A DNA stretch of 64,000 bases from an uncultured bacterium (GTDB taxonomy: Bacteria; Margulisbacteria; WOR-1; CAVSGV01), in the NCBI GenBank assembly GCA_963768305.1, contig CAVYHE010000013.1:23353-87352 (forward strand). Reading direction: 5' to 3'. Made by a program: the position numbers and the translations under genes. The notes under the pieces are model-generated. The model had not been told where the DNA came from. It saw only the letters and a list, made by a program, of their open reading frames with translations, and searched no databases. Of this stretch, positions 50,183 through 60,342 are shown one piece after another (position 1 is the first letter of the stretch; each line of letters begins with the position of its first letter).

Positions 50183-50293
50183 ATGAAAGATTTCTTCAGG
50201 TCACTTATATACGATAACCTGCCGCTAAAGCTGCTCTCCATTGTCCTTGCCCTCCTCTTCTGGTCAATGGCAAGAGGCTACTTCGGAAAATAA
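50183..50293 (+). CDS. 36-aa single-TM peptide resembling the YbbR/CdaR N-terminal anchor
   Basis: MKDFFRSLIYDNLPLKLLSIVLALLFWSMARGYFGK; TAGAAT 6 nt upstream; stop 2 nt before the panC ATG. Confidence 0.6.
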   Translation: MKDFFRSLIYDNLPLKLLSIVLALLFWSMARGYFGK

Positions 50294-50295
50294 AA

Positions 50296-51141
50296 ATGGC
50301 TTCCCTCATTAAAAGCGCCGCGGCTATGAGCGAATTCACAATATCGCTCAAAAAAAAAGGCAAGACCATCGGCTTTGTCCCTACAATGGGCGCGCTTCAC
50401 GAAGGCCATCTTTCCCTTGTCAGGGAAGCGGAAAGACGCAATGATGCAGTAATTGTAAGTATCTTCGTTAATCCCACCCAGTTCGGACCCAAAGAGGACC
50501 TGAAAAATTATCCGAGAAATATCAAAAAGGACATGGAACTGCTTTCAAGATTAAATGTGGATGCTGTTTTCTATCCGTCCGTTAAAGAGATATATCCTGA
50601 TGGCTTTTCGACCTACATCAAAGTGGAAGGCCTATCCGATAAATTGTGCGGGGCCTCCCGGCCGGGACATTTCAAGGGGGTCGCGACCGTCGTAGCAAAG
50701 CTCTTTAATATAGTAGAACCGGATAACGCATACTTCGGAGCAAAAGATTTTCAACAGCTGGTGATAATCAAAAAAATGGTCCGCGATCTGAACATGGATG
50801 TGAACGTTATTTCGATGCCGATCATCAGAGAGAAAGACGGGCTTGCGATGAGCTCCAGGAATTCATATTTATCATGTGAAGAAAGAACAAAAGCGCCGGT
50901 CATCAACAGAGCTTTGGAACTCGCAAAACTATTCATAGAAGAAGGCGTTAAGGACACGAAGACCATCAAGGCAGCAATGTTGAAATTGATAAATGCTGAA
51001 AAAGGCATCGGGATAGATTACATATCGATATGCGATCAGGAAACTCTTGAAGAAAAAAAGACCATCAAGGGAGCCACGCTGATCGCCATTGCCGCATATA
51101 TCGGAAAAACAAGGCTGATCGATAATATTTTGATAAAATGA
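50296..51141 (+). CDS. panC: Pantoate--beta-alanine ligase
   Basis: VPTMGALHEGH, FVNPTQF, RPGHF.GV, GLAMSSRN, RLIDN. Confidence 0.97.
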   Translation: MASLIKSAAAMSEFTISLKKKGKTIGFVPTMGALHEGHLSLVREAERRNDAVIVSIFVNPTQFGPKEDLKNYPRNIKKDMELLSRLNVDAVFYPSVKEIYPDGFSTYIKVEGLSDKLCGASRPGHFKGVATVVAKLFNIVEPDNAYFGAKDFQQLVIIKKMVRDLNMDVNVISMPIIREKDGLAMSSRNSYLSCEERTKAPVINRALELAKLFIEEGVKDTKTIKAAMLKLINAEKGIGIDYISICDQETLEEKKTIKGATLIAIAAYIGKTRLIDNILIK

Positions 51142-51551
51142 AAAACAGTTTCACACTCATTGAACTTCTTATTGTAATTGCCATAGCCGGCATTCTCATC
51201 GCTTTTTCTATTTCCGGGACCTCGCGCTTCAGGAATTCCCTGGAATACGGTAATTCGGTGAACCAGATACTGTCGGACATCAAATTAACCCAGCAGTTAG
51301 CGATCACTTCCTCTCAAACCTGCAGGATCAATTTCACTCCTTCATTAAGTTCTTACTCAATATCAAAGGCCGGCAAACTTTATCGAAGCGCGATCGCCGG
51401 CAAAAATATCCAGTTTTCAGGCAAAAGCTATTTTGAATTCTTAAGTTCCGGCGATACAGATGTCGGCGGGAGCGGGACGCTCACCATCGGAGGCTCATCA
51501 AATCCGAAAAAGATCGTAGTTTCTCAAAGAGGAAGGATCAGGGTTGAATAA
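51138..51551 (+). CDS. Prepilin-type (FimT/GspH-like) minor pilin
   Basis: SFTLIELLIVIAI N-terminus. Confidence 0.85.
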   Translation: MKNSFTLIELLIVIAIAGILIAFSISGTSRFRNSLEYGNSVNQILSDIKLTQQLAITSSQTCRINFTPSLSSYSISKAGKLYRSAIAGKNIQFSGKSYFEFLSSGDTDVGGSGTLTIGGSSNPKKIVVSQRGRIRVE

Positions 51552-51906
51552 ACAAAATTGGGACCGAGACTTTAGTCTCGGGTTCCATGGATCAAAAGGT
51601 TTTACTCTGATAGAGGCCTTGATAGCGGCCGTGCTGATAGCCATGTTCGCCGCGTCTTTCACAACTCTTGCCGATGCCGGCATAAAGCAGGCGAAGTCCT
51701 CCATTGAGCTTACAAAATCCGTTATATTATGCAAAAATATCATGGAGGAGATGAGAAGCAGGAATTATGCTGATCTGTTCCAGTATAACAATGCCGTGTT
51801 CGATAATGGATCCGGCTCGATCACGGTCGCTCCGGCCGGCAATGATCTGGTTTCGATAACAGTGAAAGATAAGATCGAACTGAACACAATAAGGTCGAAA
51901 ATATAG
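51544..51906 (+). CDS. Prepilin-type minor pilin (PilV-like)
   Basis: KGFTLIEALIA. Confidence 0.85.
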   Translation: MNKQNWDRDFSLGFHGSKGFTLIEALIAAVLIAMFAASFTTLADAGIKQAKSSIELTKSVILCKNIMEEMRSRNYADLFQYNNAVFDNGSGSITVAPAGNDLVSITVKDKIELNTIRSKI

Positions 51907-51907
51907 C

Positions 51908-52330
51908 ATGAAGCATTCCAAAGGTTTTACTTTGATCGAATTGCTGATAACCATCGCCATGATCTCTGTCATAAGCGTCGCTGTTTTCTATTTTGCCTTC
52001 TCATCGGTAAGGATGATCACCAGGACATCGGATATATTAAGGTCAGAACAATCGGTCAGGTTTGTTTTTGCAAAAATATCTTCGGATATCGCGCAGAGCG
52101 CGGGTGCAGGGGCGGGTTCTAACTCCAACACTCTGGTCATCGGGAATATCACCTACCAGTTCGTAGAGAACAAAGTGAAAAGGACAGAGGGGAGCGACGT
52201 TTACAGTTTAACCGATAACGGCGACATCAAAGGGTTGAATTTTTCTTATCCATCCTCAAAATTGATAAGTATCGTGATCACGCCAAAAATAGGGCAAACT
52301 GTAAGCATGAACGCTTTTGCGAGGAATTGA
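51908..52330 (+). CDS. Prepilin-type minor pilin (PilW-like)
   Basis: KGFTLIELLITIA. Confidence 0.85.
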   Translation: MKHSKGFTLIELLITIAMISVISVAVFYFAFSSVRMITRTSDILRSEQSVRFVFAKISSDIAQSAGAGAGSNSNTLVIGNITYQFVENKVKRTEGSDVYSLTDNGDIKGLNFSYPSSKLISIVITPKIGQTVSMNAFARN

Positions 52331-52764
52331 TCATGGTTTTTATTGAACATAATTCAAAAGGACAGGCGCTCATTATTGTTTTGCTGGTAATAGTAGCGCT
52401 TCTGGCTTCCGGCGCCATATTCCTGAAAATTGTTTTTTCCGAAAGAAGCACGGTGAGCCTGTATATTGAAAAAGAGAAAGCTTTTTATCTGGCTGAAGCG
52501 GGTATTGAAGACGGCAGATCTGTGATCGCAGCGAACCCCAACTGGTTCACGGATAATCTGCATCATCCGGCCGATGATGCCGATTGGCTTATGAACAGCG
52601 CTGTCGGCTCGATCAGGCAATTCGGCGGCGGAAGCTACAAGATAGTGAGGGAGAGCGGCGATAACATCATATATTCTGTCGGATATTATAAGGGCGGAAG
52701 GTCGGTCGTTAGGATTAAATTCGATATAAACCCGTTCAAAGTCTTCGAGTTCAAGATCCTATAA
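52327..52764 (+). CDS. PilX-like protein
   Basis: KGQALIIVLL (no E5), AFYLAEAGIE. Confidence 0.8.
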   Translation: MIMVFIEHNSKGQALIIVLLVIVALLASGAIFLKIVFSERSTVSLYIEKEKAFYLAEAGIEDGRSVIAANPNWFTDNLHHPADDADWLMNSAVGSIRQFGGGSYKIVRESGDNIIYSVGYYKGGRSVVRIKFDINPFKVFEFKIL

Positions 52765-52768
52765 GAGA

Positions 52769-53275
52769 TCACTTATTTTTCCACCTGGCCAGCTTCGGCA
52801 TCATTTCTTCGGTCATTTTCACGGCTTCTTCATTTGTCTTACCCAAAAACTTCATTGCGGCTCCGATCGAACCCTCCCGTACCTGCTGATAACTTTTCAG
52901 ATCGCCGGTTTTCTGGTCCTGGCAGTGGATACAATATCTGAGGTCAAACTTTGAAACTTCATCCACACCCATCGGCATTCCGCACGATTCACAGCTTAGC
53001 TTGCTCTTTACGCCGCTTTCAAATGCTTCCGTGGACCTGTCTTTTAATTTCCAGCCTTTTTTCTGATAATCAGCAATAATGATCTTTTCCGTGAAGAAAG
53101 GATATACCAGTACGGATAATCCTCCCGAGATCACCGCTAAAACGAATGAGATCACGGCTGTATCCCAAATACCCATATAAGCGAAATAGAACGGGCCGAA
53201 CAGAAGGCTCCACCAGAAACAGTTCTTGAGGTCTTTTTCCATTGTTCCCGCGGGCGATACAAGTATTGCCGACAT
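52769..53275 (-). CDS. Membrane protein (DUF2628-like) fused to a zinc-ribbon domain
   Basis: W..LLFGPFY, Y.KKGW; CESCGMPM...YCIHC...MP.L.RWK. Confidence 0.65.
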   Translation of the reverse strand: MSAILVSPAGTMEKDLKNCFWWSLLFGPFYFAYMGIWDTAVISFVLAVISGGLSVLVYPFFTEKIIIADYQKKGWKLKDRSTEAFESGVKSKLSCESCGMPMGVDEVSKFDLRYCIHCQDQKTGDLKSYQQVREGSIGAAMKFLGKTNEEAVKMTEEMMPKLARWKNK

Positions 53276-53379
53276 AATGCAATATTACATTGGCGTGAAA
53301 AAGAAAGCAAAGAGAAAAGGTATTGATAATTTTGATGATGGTGAGATAATTCTCTACCTATTGAGGGAGGTCAATAAAT

Positions 53380-54345
53380 ATGATTAAGACAATAACATCA
53401 ACTTCGATCGCGATCATTCTTTTTGCTGCAGTCAGTATCGCGGCCGTCAATACTGTTTCTCTTCAATATATCATGCAGGAAAGATTCGACGGCAGGGACC
53501 TTAAGCTTGTCAAAATACTTTCCGATAACGAAGCCTATACGCGCTATTACATAACTTACATGAGCGGGAAACTGAGGATATCCGGCATCATGAACGTTCC
53601 GAAAAGCGGAGGGCCGCATCCTGTCATCATTACAGCTCACGGATTTATCGAACCGAAATATTACACGAATGGCAGAGGCCTAAAAAGAGAACAGGATTAC
53701 CTGGCTCGAAAAGGATATGTTGTCCTTCATCCCGATTATCGTAATAATAACGGCTCTGATAAAGATCCTGAAAATAACTTGCGCTTGAACCTTGGCTATA
53801 CCGAGGATGTCATTAATGCCGTTTATGCCGTCAAGAACTCAAGCTTTAAGTTCATGGACAGGGACAATATCGGCCTTCTGGGCCATTCCCTCGGCGGCGG
53901 CATAGCGCTTAACATGATGGTGGCAAAGCCAGGCCTGGTAAAGGCATATGTCCTTTTCGCTCCGATCAGCATGGATTACCGCGATAATTACTACCGCTGG
54001 ATCGCGCCAAAAGGGAAGGATGTCCTCAGGAAATTCGGCCCGCCGCAAACCAGGCTGAAGATCGAGGAGCTTTATGGGTCGCCGGAAGCGAACCCCGTTT
54101 TCTGGGACAACATCTCGCCGAAGACGTTCATAAAAAATGTCACCGAACCGGTCATCGTGCACCAAGGACTTGCTGACAAGGAAGTTGAGCCGCAGTGGTC
54201 AATAAATCTCGCGGACGCGTTAAAGAAGAACGACAAAGTGGTCAAGCTTTATACATACAAGGGCGAGCCGCACGAGTTCACTTCCGCCTGGTTCAAGGTC
54301 ATGGAGACATCCACCGCCTTCTTTGACCGTACCTTGAAACATTGA
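53380..54345 (+). CDS. Exported alpha/beta hydrolase (S9 peptidase-like)
   Basis: GHSLGG, QG..D, H in GEPHEF. Confidence 0.88.
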   Translation: MIKTITSTSIAIILFAAVSIAAVNTVSLQYIMQERFDGRDLKLVKILSDNEAYTRYYITYMSGKLRISGIMNVPKSGGPHPVIITAHGFIEPKYYTNGRGLKREQDYLARKGYVVLHPDYRNNNGSDKDPENNLRLNLGYTEDVINAVYAVKNSSFKFMDRDNIGLLGHSLGGGIALNMMVAKPGLVKAYVLFAPISMDYRDNYYRWIAPKGKDVLRKFGPPQTRLKIEELYGSPEANPVFWDNISPKTFIKNVTEPVIVHQGLADKEVEPQWSINLADALKKNDKVVKLYTYKGEPHEFTSAWFKVMETSTAFFDRTLKH

Positions 54346-54390
54346 TTCCGCATCTTTAATAAGGTAGAATCAGATCACTTGAGGTGATAA

Positions 54391-55098
54391 ATGCTTTCGA
54401 TCATTGTCCCTACATATAATGAAAGCCGTAATATAGAGGAGCTGCTAAGGCGTCTTTTCACTGCCCTGAAGCCAAATTATACTCAATATGAAGTCCTCGT
54501 TGTTGATGACAACTCTCCTGACGGCACGGCACAGATAGCTGAAGCCTTAAAATCAAAGTTCGATGTAAGGGTGGTGAAGCGACCGCGCAAAATAGGCCTG
54601 GCATCCGCAGTCCTGAACGGTTTCAAGCTCGCATCGGGAGATATCCTGTGCGTCATGGACGCGGACTTAAGCCATCCTCCTGAGGCTGTGCCGGAAATGT
54701 ACAAGGCGATATCAGAGCCTGATGTAGATATCGTTATAGGCAGCAGGCGTGTGGAAGGGGGAGGGGCGACAAACTGGCCATGGTTCCGGCAATTCGGCTC
54801 AACTTTTGCCCAACTGCTCGCAAAGCCGATAACCGGTGTAAAAGACAATACGTCCGGATTTTTCATGATCAAAAAGAAAGTTCTGGAAGGCGCAGATATA
54901 AGTCCGATAGGCTTCAAAATACTTCTTGAGATCCTCGCAAAAGGCAATTATTCAAAGATCAAAGAAATACCCATTGTTTTCAATGACCGGGAAGGCGGAA
55001 AAAGCAAGCTTGGAATGAAGCAGATATTTGAATATTTGAAGCAGCTTTCTTTGATATATAAAGATATAATATCAGGCAAGATAAAAAGGAGGAAATAA
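54391..55098 (+). CDS. GT2 polyprenol-monophosphomannose synthase-like glycosyltransferase
   Basis: PTYNE, VDDNSPDGT, MDADLSHPP, GFKILLE. Confidence 0.92.
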   Translation: MLSIIVPTYNESRNIEELLRRLFTALKPNYTQYEVLVVDDNSPDGTAQIAEALKSKFDVRVVKRPRKIGLASAVLNGFKLASGDILCVMDADLSHPPEAVPEMYKAISEPDVDIVIGSRRVEGGGATNWPWFRQFGSTFAQLLAKPITGVKDNTSGFFMIKKKVLEGADISPIGFKILLEILAKGNYSKIKEIPIVFNDREGGKSKLGMKQIFEYLKQLSLIYKDIISGKIKRRK

Positions 55099-55099
55099 A

Positions 55100-55459
55100 T
55101 TGGGCAACTATTTGTTATTGTTCTTTTCAATTTCACTGGCCATTGTCGGGCAACTTTTTATGAAGCAGGGCATGATGATGTTCGGGCAATTCCCTGTTTC
55201 GCAGATAATCGTAAAGCTTTTTCCCATGCTTTTTCAGCCGTATGTGTTTATTGGCTTTGTTTGTTTTGCGGTCAGCTCCGTCTTCTGGCTTGCCGTTCTT
55301 TCCCGCATCGACTTAAGCCTTGCTTATCCTCTGGTGAGCATAGCATATGTGGCGACCGCTATATTTTCCGCTTTTGTCTTCAAGGAGAACATTTCGCTCA
55401 TCAGATGGCTGGGGATAGTGGTTATCTGCATCGGTGTTTTCTTGGTGTCCAGAAGCTAG
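55100..55459 (+). CDS. Small EamA/ArnE-F-like membrane transporter or flippase
   Basis: Four TMs, LS.AYP, FKE.IS..RW.G. Confidence 0.82.
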   Translation: MGNYLLLFFSISLAIVGQLFMKQGMMMFGQFPVSQIIVKLFPMLFQPYVFIGFVCFAVSSVFWLAVLSRIDLSLAYPLVSIAYVATAIFSAFVFKENISLIRWLGIVVICIGVFLVSRS

Positions 55460-55469
55460 CTGACCGCTA

Positions 55470-55961
55470 TCAGTCCTTTTTATAATATTTGGTGAAATCT
55501 TCCGGCTTCATGTTGTCAACGAAATCTTTGAACTTTTTGGTCTCTTCGGCGTCTTTTTCGGCGTTCACGAGCTTTGCCTGCATCATCACCACTTCGGAAA
55601 CGAATATCGGCGAGCCCGTGCGTATGGCAAGCGCTATTGCGTCTGACGGCCTGGAATCGATGGATATTTTCTCGCCTTTTTCCTTTTCAAGCTCTATCAC
55701 GGCGTAAAAAGTGCCGTCCTTCACGTCGTTTATCACTATCCTCGTCACTTTAGCGTTGAACTTGTCGATAGTGGATTTCAAGAGATCATGGGTCATAGGG
55801 CGCGGAGGATGAAGGCCCTGCATTTCCATGGCAATGGATGCTGCCTCAAAAATACCTATCCATATGGGGAGGAAATTCATTTCTTCGTGGTCGCGCAGAA
55901 GGACAAGAGGGGACAGGTTCCTGGGATCGAAACCAAGACCTCCGACTTCCATCTGGATCAT
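55470..55961 (-). CDS. Bifunctional nuclease family protein (DUF151)
   Basis: LPIWIG.FEA, RPMTHDL, DSRPSDAIALA. Confidence 0.93.
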   Translation of the reverse strand: MIQMEVGGLGFDPRNLSPLVLLRDHEEMNFLPIWIGIFEAASIAMEMQGLHPPRPMTHDLLKSTIDKFNAKVTRIVINDVKDGTFYAVIELEKEKGEKISIDSRPSDAIALAIRTGSPIFVSEVVMMQAKLVNAEKDAEETKKFKDFVDNMKPEDFTKYYKKD

Positions 55962-56336
55962 TTACTTTTTTACCTTGGCTGGCTTGTTGTGATGCTTCAC
56001 GCTTTCGGCAAGCTTCCTGAAAGCGTCGTTATCATTGACGGCCAGCTCCGCGAGCATTTTCCTGTCGATCTTGATGTTAGATTGTTTAAGCCCGTGCATC
56101 AGTTTTCCGTAAGTTGTCCCAAGCTCCCTTGCGGCTGAGTTTATCCTGGCTATCCATAATGCCCTCATGTCGCCCTTGCGCTTCCTTCGGTGCGCCGTGG
56201 CGTACGACATGGCCCTTATTACTGCCTGCTTGGATGACCTGAAAAGCCTTGAAAGCGAGCCGCGAAAGCCTTTCGCTCTTTTCAGAAGCTTCTTTCTTCT
56301 TCTTCGCGCTACATAGCCTCTTTTGACCCTAACCAT
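55962..56336 (-). CDS. rplT: 50S ribosomal protein L20
   Basis: MVRVKRG, R.LWI.RIN, DRK.LAELA. Confidence 0.97.
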   Translation of the reverse strand: MVRVKRGYVARRRRKKLLKRAKGFRGSLSRLFRSSKQAVIRAMSYATAHRRKRKGDMRALWIARINSAARELGTTYGKLMHGLKQSNIKIDRKMLAELAVNDNDAFRKLAESVKHHNKPAKVKK

Positions 56337-56360
56337 TTATTTTCCCTCCTTAAAACTTGT

Positions 56361-56570
56361 CTATTTCCTTATACCAATCCCAGGGATCATGTGTCTTATC
56401 GGGTACCTGTCGGCATCTGAAACTTCTATGCGCTTTCCGAGCATGTTCTTTGTCTTTGTTGCCTTGTGCTCAAGAAGATGTTTTTTCTTTGACCTGTACC
56501 TGAATATCTTCCCGCTTTTTGTGACCTTGAACCTTTTTGCGGCCGCTTTTCTTGTTTTTATTTTTGGCAC
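56361..56570 (-). CDS. rpmI: 50S ribosomal protein L35
   Basis: MPKIKTRKAAAKRFKVT. Confidence 0.96.
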   Translation of the reverse strand: MPKIKTRKAAAKRFKVTKSGKIFRYRSKKKHLLEHKATKTKNMLGKRIEVSDADRYPIRHMIPGIGIRK

Positions 56571-56588
56571 TTTTATACCTCTTTCTTT

Positions 56589-57095
56589 TTATTTCGGGGT
56601 CAAAAGCATGAAATAAAGCTTGCCTTCCAGTTTCGGCTTGCTTTCCACGGAACCGCATGCTGACACATCTTCTATAAGCCGGTTGAGCACTTTCGCCCCG
56701 AGTTCCGGATGGGTCACTTCCCTGCCTTTGAACCGCAGGGATATCTTCACTTTATGGCCCCTTTTAAGGAAATCTACCGACTTATTCAGGACCACCTGAT
56801 AATCATGTTCGCCTATTTTTGACGAGAGCTTAAGTTCTTTAAGCGTCGTGGCCTTCTGCTTCTTCCGGGCTTCCTTCTCCTGCTTCATCATCTCATATTT
56901 CATTTTACCGAAATCGGCTATCTTGCACACGGGAGCTTTTTCATCCGCCGCGATAAGCACGAGGTCGTATCCGTTCTCCCGCGCAAGTGCCAGGGCCTGG
57001 TCCCTGGGCATTATTCCGAGCTGTTTTCCGTCCACGTCTATGACCCTGATGTCCCCCGGGCGGATCCTCTCGTTCAAGATGTAATTTTTGATTAT
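56589..57095 (-). CDS. infC: Translation initiation factor IF-3, non-canonical start (ATA 57095 or ATC 57092)
   Basis: NERI, G.QLG, PVCKI.DFGK, KVK..RF.GRE; AAGGAGG SD 6 nt before ATA. Confidence 0.95.
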   Translation of the reverse strand: MIKNYILNERIRPGDIRVIDVDGKQLGIMPRDQALALARENGYDLVLIAADEKAPVCKIADFGKMKYEMMKQEKEARKKQKATTLKELKLSSKIGEHDYQVVLNKSVDFLKRGHKVKISLRFKGREVTHPELGAKVLNRLIEDVSACGSVESKPKLEGKLYFMLLTPK

Positions 57096-57138
57096 CTCGT
57101 TCCTCCTTGAAACCAGTGGTAATTATACATTATGAAAG

Positions 57139-58863
57139 CTATTTTTTACTAGCAATTTCTTTTTTGATGGAAACGATGAATTCGTCAAGCGTGATCGAAC
57201 CTATATCGCCTTTTCCCCTGGCCCTGACCGAGACGGCATCGGAGGCGGCCTCTTTATCGCCGATAATGAGCATGTACGGGACCTTTTGGATCTCCGCTTC
57301 CCTTATCTTCAGCCCTATCTTTTCCCGTCTATCGTCAATTTCAACCCTAATTCCGTTCTCGAAAAGTGCTTCCCTTATCTTTTCCGCGTGCTGCAGGTGC
57401 CTGTCTGCGATAGGGAGTATCTGCGCCTGAACGGGCGCCAGCCAGACGGGGAATGCCCCGGCATAATGCTCTATTAGCGCACCCATGAACCGCTCCATCG
57501 AGCCAAGGACGACCCTGTGGATCATCGCCGGCCGGTGTTCTTTTCCGTCTTCTCCGGTGTAATTAAGATCGAACCTTTCCGGGAGGTTAAAATCCACCTG
57601 TATCGTGGGCCCCTGCCAGAGGCGGCCTATGGCATCCTTCAGCTTGATATCTATTTTCGGCCCGTAGAAAACACCGGCTCCTTCATCGATCTCGTAAGTT
57701 TCGCTTTTGGATTTAAGCGCATCGATCAGCGCGTTCGTCGCGTGCTCCCAGTTCTCCTTTGTTCCGACGAATTTATCCGGTCTTGTGGAAAGGTTTATCT
57801 CGTATTCAAATCCGAAGACCTTCAGCATGTCAAAAGCGAAATCAAGGACCTTCAGTATTTCATCCTTCAGCTGTTCGTGGGTGCAGAAAATATGCGCGTC
57901 ATCCTGCGTGAACCCTCTTACGCGCAGCAGCCCGTGGAGAACGCCGGATTTTTCATATCGATAGACCGTCCCCAGCTCGAAATATCTTACCGGCAGGTCC
58001 CTGTAGCTTCTCGGCTTTCTCTTGAATATCAAGATATGCCCGGGGCAGTTCATCGGCTTTACCACGTAGTCGCGCTCTTCCATTTTCAACATGTACATGA
58101 ATTCTTTGTAGTACTCGGCATGGCCGGAAGTATGCCAGAGCTCCGCTTTCGCTATGTGGGGGATGATCACGGTCTCGTATCCCCTTTTTCTGTGTTCAGT
58201 TTTAAGGAAAGTTTCTATGGTTTCGCGAAGTACCGCGCCTTTGGGATAATAGTAAACTAATCCCGCGCCCGCTTCCTCCTGGAAAATATTGAAAAGGTCC
58301 AAAAGTTTCCCGAGCTTCCTGTGGTCGCGCTTCTCGGCTTCCTCCAAAAACTTCAAATGATCATCAAGCTCTTTCTGGGACGGGAACGCCGTGCCGTAGA
58401 TCCTCTGGAGCATCTTGTTCTTTTCGGAGCCTCTCCAGTAAGCGCCCGCTATCGAGAGGAGCTTGAACGCTTTTATCTCTTTTGTGGACCTTATGTGCGG
58501 GCCGCGGCAAAGATCAATTAAGTCGCCGTTCTTGTAGAAACTTACGGTCTTGTCGGGTATTTCGCGCAGGAGCTCCACCTTGTAAATTTCCCCGGCTTCT
58601 TTCATGTGTGTTATGGCTTTTTCCTTGTCCAATTCCTGGCGTTCGAACTTTTCGTTGCGGCCGATTATCTCCCGCATCTTTTCTTCTATCTTCGGGATGT
58701 CCTCTTCGGTGAGCTTGTGCGACATGTCAAAATCATAATAAAATCCGGTATCAATAGAGGGTCCGATAGCCAGGAGGACATTGGGATAAAGCTCCTTTAC
58801 GGCTTCAGCCATTACATGCGAAGTTGAATGTCGAAGCGTTTCCAGTTCAGATGGGTTTGCCAA
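57139..58863 (-). CDS. thrS: Threonine--tRNA ligase
   Basis: RHS.SHV.A, DLCRGPH, RDHRKLG, KPMNCPGH, RVRGFTQDD, FYGPKID. Confidence 0.98.
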   Translation of the reverse strand: MANPSELETLRHSTSHVMAEAVKELYPNVLLAIGPSIDTGFYYDFDMSHKLTEEDIPKIEEKMREIIGRNEKFERQELDKEKAITHMKEAGEIYKVELLREIPDKTVSFYKNGDLIDLCRGPHIRSTKEIKAFKLLSIAGAYWRGSEKNKMLQRIYGTAFPSQKELDDHLKFLEEAEKRDHRKLGKLLDLFNIFQEEAGAGLVYYYPKGAVLRETIETFLKTEHRKRGYETVIIPHIAKAELWHTSGHAEYYKEFMYMLKMEERDYVVKPMNCPGHILIFKRKPRSYRDLPVRYFELGTVYRYEKSGVLHGLLRVRGFTQDDAHIFCTHEQLKDEILKVLDFAFDMLKVFGFEYEINLSTRPDKFVGTKENWEHATNALIDALKSKSETYEIDEGAGVFYGPKIDIKLKDAIGRLWQGPTIQVDFNLPERFDLNYTGEDGKEHRPAMIHRVVLGSMERFMGALIEHYAGAFPVWLAPVQAQILPIADRHLQHAEKIREALFENGIRVEIDDRREKIGLKIREAEIQKVPYMLIIGDKEAASDAVSVRARGKGDIGSITLDEFIVSIKKEIASKK

Positions 58864-58872
58864 TGCGTCTCC

Positions 58873-59133
58873 TTAGTTCAGGCTCAGGGGAAGTTTTGTC
58901 ATCATAAGCGGAACGTTCATTTTGCCGTCAGGAGAGATCTTCGCGCGCAGGTCCTTGAATGTTCTTTTCAGGTCGGCCTTTATGTTGACCGCCACGGCGC
59001 CGGCAACCTTGTCTATCATTGCGTCAAGAGCCTCATCGATCGTGGCGCCTTCGCTTTTACAATCGGGATAATCGGGGCAAACTACCGCGAAACGCCCGTT
59101 TTCTATCGGTTTTATGATTATATCCAGGTTCAT
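58873..59133 (-). CDS. HicB-like antitoxin-fold protein
   Basis: F.V.CPD.P.C.S.G.T.DEA. Confidence 0.75.
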   Translation of the reverse strand: MNLDIIIKPIENGRFAVVCPDYPDCKSEGATIDEALDAMIDKVAGAVAVNIKADLKRTFKDLRAKISPDGKMNVPLMMTKLPLSLN

Positions 59134-59155
59134 GGGTGGATTATACCATTCGCGG

Positions 59156-60307
59156 CTAAGCTAAGCCAGTTATTATCTCTTTTTTTGCCCAGAGGTCCGC
59201 TGAGAGGATATCATCCAGCGTCGGCTCGCTTGTATTAAAATGCTTGTCCATTGCCTGCTTAACAAGCATGGAAATATCCGTGAACTTGATCTTATTTTCA
59301 ATAAAAAGCTTTACCGCTTCATTATTTGCCGCGTTAAGCACGGCCGGCATGGTCCCGCCTTTTTTCCCGGCGGCATAGGCGTATTCTAGGCACGGGAACT
59401 TTTCCATGTCCGGCTCTTCAAAAGTCAGCGTTTCAGCCTTGGGAAGATCTATCAGGTCGAATTTATTCGATGACCTTTCCCCGTCCAGCAGGGCGTATTG
59501 GATGGGGATCCTCATGTCGGGCGCGGCCATCTGCGCGATGATAGACCCGTCTATCAGTTCTATCATCGCGTGGACAATGCTTTGAGGATGAATGACGACG
59601 CTTATCCTTGAATAATCCAATCCAAAAAGATGATGCGCTTCTATGACTTCGAACCCTTTGTTCATCAATGTCGCGGAATCGATCGATATTTTATCGCCCA
59701 TTTTCCAGTTAGGGTGGTTCAGCGCTTCATTGACGGAAACTTTTGAAAGCCTCTCCGCGGAAAGCTTGAGGAAAGGGCCGCCGGACGCGGTAAGGATGAC
59801 CTTCTTTATCTTTGACGGATCTTCGGCCTTGAGGCACTGGGAGAGTCCGGAATGCTCGCTGTCTATGGGCATCAGCCTTATTTTTCGCTTGGCAACTTCC
59901 TTCATTATGACATCGCCGGCGGAAACAAGGACCTCTTTGCTGGCGAGAGCGATGTGCTTCCTCAGCTTTATCGCTTCCAGCGTCGGGATTATCCCGATCG
60001 AGCCCGGAATGGCCATCACGATCGTATCGGCGTCCTTGTGCGTTGCGACCTTGATAAGGCCTTCGCTGCCGAAGTAAACGACAGTCTGCGTCTTTGCGAG
60101 CTTTTCCTGTAATTTTTCGGCGGACGCTTCGGTATCGACAGAAACTATTTTCGGGGAAAATTTCTTGACCTGTTCCGCCAGCACATCAAGGTTATCTTTT
60201 GCGGCAAGCCCGATGATCCGGAACCTGTTCGGGAACGCGGATATCACTTCCAGCGTCTGCCGGCCTATGGAGCCGGTAGAGCCCAATATGGAGATGTTCT
60301 TTCTCAA
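59156..60307 (-). CDS. dxr: 1-deoxy-D-xylulose-5-phosphate reductoisomerase
   Basis: GSTGSIG, P.DSEH, LTASGGPF, HPNW.MG.KI..DSAT..NKG.E. Confidence 0.97.
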   Translation of the reverse strand: MRKNISILGSTGSIGRQTLEVISAFPNRFRIIGLAAKDNLDVLAEQVKKFSPKIVSVDTEASAEKLQEKLAKTQTVVYFGSEGLIKVATHKDADTIVMAIPGSIGIIPTLEAIKLRKHIALASKEVLVSAGDVIMKEVAKRKIRLMPIDSEHSGLSQCLKAEDPSKIKKVILTASGGPFLKLSAERLSKVSVNEALNHPNWKMGDKISIDSATLMNKGFEVIEAHHLFGLDYSRISVVIHPQSIVHAMIELIDGSIIAQMAAPDMRIPIQYALLDGERSSNKFDLIDLPKAETLTFEEPDMEKFPCLEYAYAAGKKGGTMPAVLNAANNEAVKLFIENKIKFTDISMLVKQAMDKHFNTSEPTLDDILSADLWAKKEIITGLA

Positions 60308-60342
60308 ATCAGTTCACCAGAAAAAATGATCAAGACGGGAGA

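Noticed and set aside
58873..59133. HicAB toxin-antitoxin module
   Set aside because: No hicA is adjacent; only a solo HicB-like gene.
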